A stretch of DNA of 63,878 nucleotides, filler included, from Reclinomonas americana ATCC 50394 (lineage: Eukaryota), in NCBI GenBank assembly GCA_048213135.1. It is 5 parts of 5 records of this genome, joined end to end, with 100 filler letters (N's around TTAATTAATTAA, not from the genome) between each part and the next. Parts side by side here need not be neighbours in the genome. Positions count along the whole stretch, not along the records: positions 49,307 to 59,744 come from PS015166.1; positions 59,845 to 61,819 come from PS015169.1; positions 61,920 to 63,878 come from PS015170.1; 2 more parts are not named here. The stretch is one strand, 5' to 3'. Under the pieces are notes generated by a model. The model was given only the letters and a program-made list of their open reading frames with translations. It ran no database searches and had not been told where the DNA came from. The position numbers were made by a program, and so were the translations under genes. Positions 55,783-63,878 of this stretch are shown piece by piece; the first letter of the stretch is position 1; each line of letters begins with the position of its first letter.

Positions 55783-58700
55783 GAGTTGAAGACAGAATTG
55801 AGGTCACACGCAACATTGAGGACGCATACTGCGCTTGAGAGCGCGTTTGCTCTTGAGCACATGTGGCGACGACATTTTTCTCTCAGTCGTCTGATCACTG
55901 ACTGTTGTCAGTCAGTCAGTGACACGTGTGGCCGCTCACTCACTGAGAAGGACAGAGAGNNNNNNNNNNNNNNNNNNNNNNNNNNNNNNNNNNNNNNNNN
56001 NNNNNNNNNNNNNNNNNNNNNNNNNNNNNNNNNNNNNNNNNNNNNNNNNNNNNNNNNNNNNNNNNGTCTCTCTCTTTCTCCTCTCACTGCACTCCTTCTC
56101 CTCTCCTCTCTCCCTGTTACCTACCTTCCCCTTCCCATCTCTCTTCTCCCTCCTGCAGTCTTTCTCCTAATCCTTCCCACCATTTACTCTCCCCTTGGCT
56201 TCCTTTCCCTCCGTCCTCACCTTCTCTCACCTTCTCCCCCACCTTCTCCCTCACCTTCTCCCCCACCTTCTCCCCCACCTTCTCCCTCACCTTCTCCCTC
56301 ACCTTCTCCCCCACCTTCTCCCTCACCTTCTCCCCCTCAACTTCCCCTTCTCCCTCACCTCCTCCCTTCCCATCTCCCTCTCTTCGCTGCCTCCCTCCCT
56401 TTGCCTCCTCTCTCCTCTCCCCCTTCTCCCCCACCTTCTCCCCCACCTTTCCCCCACCCCCACCTTCTCCCCCGCCTTTCCCCACCCCCTCCTTCTCCCT
56501 CCCCCTCACCTTCTCCTCTACTCCTTGCAGTGGACGCCGAATCCAGCGACGACGAGCAAGGCTCGCCCTCGCAAACCTTTTACGCGCCCGTCTCCTCCAG
56601 CGTGCTCTTCTCACCGCCCGGACTCGGCACCGCCGCCACTGCTGCCTCGCCGTACATTGGCGCCAGTGGATCACCACGACTCATGGGCACTCCGCAACAG
56701 CGATTGATGGCCAGTGGGGGCAGCACAATGACCACCACCACGACTACGACTACTGCAGAGTTTTCCATGCAGGCGGGCGAGAGTTCGTCGTCCATGCGAC
56801 GAGCGGCTGTAGTTGCGTGTGTGTGTGAGAGAGAGAGAGACAGAGTCCTCCCTCCTCTTAATCTTCTCGTTCTCATTCCCTGTGTGACGCCGCAGCTACA
56901 AGAGAGCAACAGCCACAAGCGCGACTTGATGCATGCGCTGGACGATGCTGGCCTGGATCTTGGAGTTGCGACTCTGTCTCCCTCTGCTGTTCTTCCCCCT
57001 TGCCGATCGTCCACTTACCTCGTTCTCCAGAACAAGCTCGACCAAGCGCTGGACATGGGCCGGCAGCTGAAGAACGAGAACGACCAGCTGCGCGATCGTG
57101 TGGCTGATCTTGAACGCGAGAACGCTGTGCTGGTCGATCAGCTGCGCGCCAAGGAGACAATTTGGAACGGCACTAGTGTCACCGTGCAGCAGCTGCAACA
57201 AGACAAGCGCGCACTGGAGACTCGCTTGGCCGAGGTCAAGGCGGAGAAGGCAGGCCTTGCGCACCAACTGCGAGAGCTGCGGCTCCGCACGTATCGCCTC
57301 AGTGTCGGCAGCGCGGTGAGTCTGGATGTGTCGGCGATGAGTACCGAGGGTGCCGGCGGCGGCGACGATGATGAGGTCTCGGTGCTGCGAGCGGAGCTGG
57401 AGCGCCTGCAGCAGCAGCGTGAACAGGAGCGCGTCGAACAGCACATGCTGCTGGCGCGTTGCAAGGGGCTGGAGAACGACTGCTGGGAGAAGACGAAGCA
57501 GCTGCTCGAGTCGGTCACTATTATTCACGACTTGGAGAAGCTGACGGCAATGCTGTCGCGTCGTCTCAATGCACGGGAATATGGTGCGTGCGTGCGGACA
57601 GAGTGAGAGGGGTCGCAGTGTTGGACAGGGAGATTCGTTTCTGCGATGTACTGTGGCGCTTCTCAGTCTTGGACTTCCTTTCGTCCCTGTACAAATCTTA
57701 TACTCCCTATCTCTCCCTTTCATTGATTTACCTCACATATATTCTGTACGCCCAGCTAAAACACCTGACGAGGAGCTGCGCATCCGTGGACGCATCTCCA
57801 CGCTCTCGACTTCGATGGCGGAGGCCGCACTGAACAGCCCGCTGAAGGGCAATCGTGCCGGCGATTCTACTCCTGACCTGAATGCTGAGATTGATGCGGT
57901 GCGTTATTTCACGTAACATTTATGTGCTGTGGATCGTTTGGAAAGAGGGAAGTGGAAAGGGGAGAGTGGAGAGGGGGAAGGGGGCGAATGCGGAAAGATG
58001 GAGCAACAACCGCCCACCCTCCTGCTGACACTTCCCCTTTCCTTTTCCCCCTTCCACTTCCCCCTTCCACTGCCCCCTTTCCACTTCCCCCTATCCACTC
58101 TCCCCTTTCCACTTCCCTTTTCCACTCTCCCCTTTCCACTTCCCTTTTCCACTTCCCCCTTTCCACTCCGCCCTTTCCCCTTCCCCCTCGTCCACTTCCC
58201 CCTATCCACTTCCCCCTTCCACTCTCCCGTTCCACTCTCCCCTTGTCCCCTTCCCCCTATCCACTCTCCCCTTTCTACTTCCCATTTCCACTGCCCCCTT
58301 TCCACTTTCCCACTTCCCCCTTCCACTTCCCCTTTTCCACTTCCCCTTTTCCACTTCCCCCTTTCCCTTCCCCCTTTCTTCCCACTTCCCGCCTCCCTCT
58401 CTCACTGCTGCCCCACCACAGCTCCAACGGCAATGCACTCTTCTGACGACGCGCAACAACGAATTGGAGTTGATGGTGGAGGAGCTGCGCTCGTCTGGCG
58501 CACCCACTGGCTTATCCTCCTCCTCTTCCACTGGTCCATCGTCGAGCTCGGTGTGTCCCGTATTCTCTGTGAATCACCATGCTCTCCTCTTCTTGCTGAC
58601 CTCGCGCTCCTTGCAGTTGTCTCTGTCGTCGTCGGGAGTCACCACGATGACCGTGTTGACCGACCGCCTGCACCAAGTGCAACAGGAGAATGCCGACCTG

Positions 58701-58874
58701 CGACACCAGCTGGAAGGACTGCGAGACGGTTCCCACATGCGCACGGTGCGGCAAGTCATGGAGCAAGTGGTGTTGTCACCCGGTGCCGCTCTGGCCTCCC
58801 CGCAGCTGCCACTACCTGCACCATCGTCGTCTGCGGCCGCCTCCCTGCGACCGGTGGCTACCGTCCGCCACCTC
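55783..58874 (+). CDS. Long coiled-coil protein (partial at both ends)
   Basis: Exons such as NKLDQALDMGRQLKNENDQLRDRVADLERE and LTDRLHQVQQENADLRHQLE; frame open into gap. Confidence 0.75.
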
Positions 58875-58958
58875 NNNNNNNNNNNNNNNNNNNNNNNNNN
58901 NNNNNNNNNNNNNNNNNNNNNNNNNNNNNNNNNNNNNNNNNNNNNNNNNNNNNNNNNN

Positions 58959-59591
58959 TCACTTGCGCGCTGGCGCACTCATCCGCCAGCCGCTCCAGCG
59001 CAGCACTTGCCGCCTCCCCCTCGGCCAGCAGTCGATCACGCTCAGCCGTCATGCGTGCCAATCGCTCACGCAGCGCGGCCAGCTCAGTTGCCAGCTCCTC
59101 GGTGCGAATGCCTTGCCGCTCGAGTTGCGACACCCGCTGCTTCAGAGTCGCGCACTCGGCAGACAGCGTGTCGCGCTCCGTCTGCACACCATTCAGCGCA
59201 GCATCCTGGCGGTGCGACTCTCGCCGCAGCGTTTCACACTCAGCCTGCAGGTTGGTGATGTCCTGCTGCAGAGTGGCTTCCACGGCCTGCGCATCGCGGA
59301 GTTCGCGCTGTCGTGTCGAATCACCTGACAGGGATAGAGAAAAGGTGAGAAAGAGACGGAAGGGGGGGGGGGGGACAAGAGGGAGGCGCAACGCAACGAA
59401 CACGGGCATCCTCCAACTCACGCGAGGCGTTCTCCAGCAGGCCACGAGTCTCGTCCAGCTCGGCCGCCAGCTTGCAATTCGCCGCCTCGACGTCCTCCAA
59501 AATCTGGTACACGGCTCCAACGCTTCCACGCAGCTCCTCCATGTCCTCGGCGGAGACGCCGCGAGAACGTCGGGGTGCGGGTGATCCGTCG
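58959..59591 (-). CDS. Coiled-coil protein fragment, possibly an inverted piece of the gene at 55783-58874
   Basis: Two heptad-rich exons (DMEELRGSVGAVYQILEDVE...; LQQDITNLQAECETLRRE...) open into the same short gap. Confidence 0.65.
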
Positions 59592-59846
59592 CTGGAGGAA
59601 AGGGGACAGGGGGGAAGGGGAGAAGTGAGGAAGGGGGAAGGGGGAATGGGGGAAGGGGGAAAAGGGGAAAGAGTGAGGGAGAAGGGGAACAGGGGAAGGG
59701 CAAAGAGATAGAGGGGATAGATGAAGGGAGGGGTCATGGGAGAANNNNNNNNNNNNNNNNNNNNNNNNNNNNNNNNNNNNNNNNNNNNTTAATTAATTAA
59801 NNNNNNNNNNNNNNNNNNNNNNNNNNNNNNNNNNNNNNNNNNNNCT

Positions 59847-59877
<31 letters not shown>

Positions 59878-59989
59878 ACTCACTCTCTCACACACACACT
59901 AATTCCCTTCTTCCCCTTCTCCCTCTCCTTCCCCTTCTCCTCTACTTCCCCTTCTCCTCACTTCCCCTTCTCCTCACTCCCCTCCGCAG

Positions 59990-60724
59990 TCCCAAGGAAA
60001 TGCCCTCCAACCGCCCCGTCGGCAAGATCAATCGCCACCTCTTTGACAAGCCACTCACCAAGGTCCTCCCTCTCTACCATCGCCCCTCTCCCCCATCTCA
60101 TTGATGTTTTCCCTCGCACAGAAAGCACGCGATCCACGCTTTGACGAACTGCACGGCAAGTACGACCCGCACACCTTTCGCCGATACTACGGCTTCCTGC
60201 GCGGTGCGTCGATCGTCTCCTTTGCTCCTGCTTGTTCTGTGCCACTGACACCCCTCCATACTACAGAGGAGCGCGACAGGGAGATTACGCGACTGCAGAC
60301 GGAGCTGAAGAAGAGCAAGCTGGCGGGGTCGGGCAAGCGCCTGTCGGAGTCCGAGCAGCGGGCGATGCAGGCGGAGCTGTCGCGGCTAATGTCGCGCAAG
60401 AAGCACGATGAGCGGGAGGAGCGTGCGCAGGCGCTCAAGTCGGCCTGGCGCAAGGAGGAGATTGCCAAGGTCGCCGCCGGCGTCAAGAAGCCGTTCTTCC
60501 CGAAGAACAGTTGCGACTCACGCGACACCATGATGTCATGTTTTTGCTCACTGCTTGTGGAATTAGGTCAACTGTTCATGGCCGAGCAAGTGGAGAAATT
60601 CAAGCAGCTCAAGGCCGCCGGCTCGCACCGCGTCGACGCGGAGATTGCGAAGCGGCGGAAACGTGCCGCCGCGCAGGATCACGTGTATGTGCCGCGCAAG
60701 CGCAGACGCATCGACGACGAGTAG
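59990..60724 (+). CDS. RRP36: rRNA processing protein RRP36 (5' partial), 4 exons
   Basis: PKEMPSNRPV, KARDPRFDELHGKYDPHTFRRYYGFL, KKPFFPKN, KRRKRAAAQDH. Confidence 0.9.
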
Positions 60725-60811
60725 CCGCAATTGAATGACAATGAGGGAGAGAGATGGATCATTTGTTGTTTTTAGAAAATGAAGAGGAATGAACCCCATA
60801 GAGAAACATGC

Positions 60812-61795
60812 TCAGAGGTCGTCGGAAAAGTCGGCGACGGAGGACTTGGGTGGGCGCATGCCGACGACAATGGAGGAGAATTCCTTGACCTGGGGTGAAG
60901 GGGGAGAGATGAGGGAAAGGAGATGGGAAGGGGAAAGCGAGGAGTGAGAGAAGAGAGTGGCAAGAGGATGCTGGGGTTGAAGATAGGCTCTCCTAGCACT
61001 CCACTCCTTTCTCATTTCTCTCTCTCTCATCCATCCCTGGCGACATCTTCCTCTCCCTTCTCATTTCTCTGAGTCATTCTCTCTCTCACTCCCTCTCTCT
61101 GTCTTCCTACTCCGACGCATATCGATTCCTTTGTCCTTCCTTCCCCTTCTCCCTTTCCTCATCCTACCCTGCCCCTCTTCCTTCCCCTTCGCCCTTCGCC
61201 CTTCCCTTCCCCCTCCCGCACCTTCCAGTACCCCTTCGGATTGCGGAAGAGCTGCATCGGGCGAGGCATGTCGGCTCCACTGCTGCGCGTAAACACCTTG
61301 TACTTGCCCTCGGCCTCGGTGCCCACACTGCACGCGCACGCAATTTTTAGAGAAGCAGAGAGCGTCACACACGCACAAACGAACGTGACATCGACACGCA
61401 ACTACTTGGTCTGGTTCTTGAAGATGAACTCGACGGCTGAAGGATCCGGAATGGTGTAGTCGTTGGCGGGCGAGCTGCCCTTGGCGTGCGAACCTGCATT
61501 CGCCGCGGTCACGAAAAAGTCCACAACAGGGAGCTGCTGCTGCTTTCTCAACGCAACGAGCCAAATAGGGATGCTCATCGGTGCGCGCAATGAGGTCGGC
61601 TGCCGCCCGGAAGATCGAGTAGTCCTGCGTGCCACGTGAGAGACATGACAAAGAGACGAAGAGAAATGCAAGACTTGCCGACCTTGTACAGTGGATGCGG
61701 ACCGCCCTTCACCAGCTGCGACTCGTCGAGCGACAACACCAGCATCTCATCGCCCACAGCGCGGTTCTCACCGCGCTGCATGAGCGCGAACAAGA
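60812..61795 (-). CDS. Protein resembling the mainly bacterial DUF6935 family (5' partial), 5 exons
   Basis: HPYLARSHAKGSSPANDYT...GKYKVFTRSSGADMPRPMQLFRNPKGYWKVKEFSSIVVGMRPP; family assignment recalled from memory, not searched. Confidence 0.6.
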
Positions 61796-61931
61796 CTGCA
61801 TGATCACGACGAACATTTTNNNNNNNNNNNNNNNNNNNNNNNNNNNNNNNNNNNNNNNNNNNNTTAATTAATTAANNNNNNNNNNNNNNNNNNNNNNNNN
61901 NNNNNNNNNNNNNNNNNNNCACACACGCAAC

Positions 61932-62141
61932 ACTTTGGGCAGCCACACACGGACAGTGGCATCGCGCGACGCCGTGGCCAGCACGTTCCCACTGGGCGAG
62001 AAGTGCGTCGAGTACACCGCACCCTGTTCATCGATGAGTGTGCATTGGCGCCGAGGAAGATCAAGAGAGCAACACGCCACACGCACTTGATGACCCACAA
62101 AGCGGAAGGCGCGCATCTGCGGCTTGAAGTTCCACACTGTG

Positions 62142-62177
<36 letters not shown>

Positions 62178-62491
62178 GAACAGGCGACCACGAGCATACC
62201 AACCTCTCTTTCTCTCTCTCTCTTCTCTCTCCCTTTACTCCCCTCCCTCCCTCTCTCTCGCTCCCTCTCTTTTCTCTCTCTCGCACACACACCTAGAACA
62301 CCGGCGTCGAGTGCGCCGCTCGACAGCTGCTTCATGGATGGGTTGAAGCACACACTGGTCACTGCATCGCGATGGCCTCGAAACGTGCGCTCTAGACTCG
62401 GGTCCAGTGACTCGGCTGGCACACCACCACCACCACCACCACTGCCGCCAGCGCGATCGCTGCCACCGACGAGCACAGACGAGTCGGCCAT
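61932..62491 (-). CDS. POC1: Centriolar WD40 protein POC1 (first three exons)
   Basis: DPSLERTFRGHRDAVTSVCFNPSMKQLSSG...VWNFKPQMRAFRFVGH. Confidence 0.92.
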
Positions 62492-62565
62492 TTGTTTTTT
62501 CTTTGTGTTTTCGCGCCAAAAAAGACAACTTGGTTCTTTCGCAGGACGCCACTTTACATTTATGT

Positions 62566-63016
62566 TCAAAGCTTCCTCCACGCCGGCGTTGCACGGATCT
62601 TGGTAAATGGTCGCAAGAAAACAAAGGCGTCGGCAGGTGCCCGTGGACCCTCTTGCACCTCCGACGTTCGTCGCTGGTGTGCCGATGTCGGCCGTGTGAG
62701 ACGTTCTGGGTCGCGCACGGCAGTGACGACTGCAGACTGCGAGTGTACGATTGCACGGAATGAGAACAATGGACGGTGGTGGCAACGCAGTTTCTCTTTT
62801 GTGTACCTTTTTCTCCAGCTCGATAATGCGCTGCTCGCGCTCTTGAGCCTCGACCTCCCTACGACGCTTCATCTCCATCCGACGGTTCACCAGTTCGAGA
62901 TCCTGTAGCATCGGTACCTCATTCAGGTCGCGTGCCTAGCAGAGACCACGAGAACACTGGTGCTTACCCGATCGTGTAATCGATCCAGATCGCTTCGACG
63001 TGGACGTGAGGCACTT
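62566..63016 (-). CDS. CCDC112: CCDC112-like protein, C-terminal three exons
   Basis: RLHDRDLELV...VRDPERLTRPT...IRATPAWRKL* matches the CCDC112 C-terminal pattern. Confidence 0.75.
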
Positions 63017-63091
63017 NNNNNNNNNNNNNNNNNNNNNNNNNNNNNNNNNNNNNNNNNNNNNNNNNNNNNNNNNNNNNNNNNNNNNNNNNNN

Positions 63092-63878
63092 CAGCGGCGG
63101 TTGGAGAAGGATTTCGACACTCCCGCCACCGCCGGCGCTGCCGCCATGTCGCCATCGCCAGCACCGAATACACCAACACACTACCACGATGCGGAGCCTC
63201 GAACGGACACACGGATGCATGACGCGGAGCTGGAAGACTTTTTGCACCGAGAGGGAGGCCTCACGGGCGGCTGGGATGTGAAGGATCACAATTTGTTTCT
63301 GCGTGCCCGCGATCGGTGGACTGGAGTTGCGTCGTCGTCGTGTCGGTGCGGCAATTGGCCACTTGTGGGTCTGACAGTGGCTTGCATTGTGTGTGTGTAC
63401 AGCGCCTCGACGACGCCTTCTTCGAGCACCTCATGCACGAGGTGCAGACGCGGACGTACGACGAGAGCGTGCAGCACGAGATGTGGTACCGGCGATTCGT
63501 GGAGCTGAACGAGAGGCGACGACAAGCACTGTCGCAGTGGAAGAGGGAGCGGCAAGCCGGCCGATCCAAGGTCGAGGCCGATTACGAGCGGGCGCAGGAG
63601 GAGATTGAGGAGTCGCAGGCCAGACGAGAGGCGGTTGATCGTGAGCGGCGGGAGCAGGAGAAGCGACAGGTGGCGGAGTGGCGTGCGCGAGTGGAACAGG
63701 AACAGCGAGAAAAGGAGGAGGAGGCGTTGCGTGCTGCAGAGCAGCAACGAAAGAAGAAGGAGGAGCAGGAACGCCGTCGCCAGGAGCGTCTTCGCCAGCT
63801 GGTCGATCAGCATCGAGAGGAGAAGGAGCGAGAGGCTCGTGCCAAGGAGCAAGCCGAGATGAGGCAAAGACGGGCCGC
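63092..63878 (+). CDS. CCDC112: CCDC112-like protein, middle part (opposite strand to its C-terminus)
   Basis: FLHREGGLTGGWDVKDHNLFLR...RTYDESVQHEMWY...ERRRQALSQWK followed by coiled coil. Confidence 0.8.

Noticed and set aside
61400-61410. Apparent in-frame stops suggesting codon reassignment (e.g. KNQTK*, VPI*, KGTR*)
   Set aside because: Each is removed by an ordinary-sized GT-AG intron starting at or just before the stop; TAA, TAG and TGA all terminate genes here.

Overview
Gene-dense genomic DNA from an intron-rich unicellular eukaryote. POC1 and CCDC112 imply centrioles or flagella; the species cannot be identified from the sequence alone. The draft assembly has N-gaps, four TTAATTAATTAA contig linkers, (TACG)n pyrosequencing noise and at least one inverted contig. 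Splicing GT-AG introns by hand (mostly 55-90 nt, some expanded by microsatellites) gives about 25 genes or gene fragments. These include citrate synthase, NOSIP, a tandem SUEL-type lectin, UBAC2/RBL-like, two paralogous high-identity WD40 proteins, MFSD8, an RPC34-like fragment, a TPR protein, an ADF-H/RBR E3 ligase fusion, a divergent large Rab, LMBRD1, Rab22-like, a Pro-rich WW protein, an S8 subtilase with EGF repeats, MEAF6/Eaf6, a double ZZ-finger protein, RRP36, a bacterial-like DUF6935 protein, POC1 and CCDC112. The strongest unusual signal is in splicing. About a quarter of the donors I could model read GTTGCG and none has G as the last exon base. This is the normal G|GTGCG donor shifted by one nucleotide, a register known only as a rarity elsewhere. 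Microexons are also present, including a 6-nt exon carrying the catalytic His of the subtilase. All gene models are manual inferences without transcript data.
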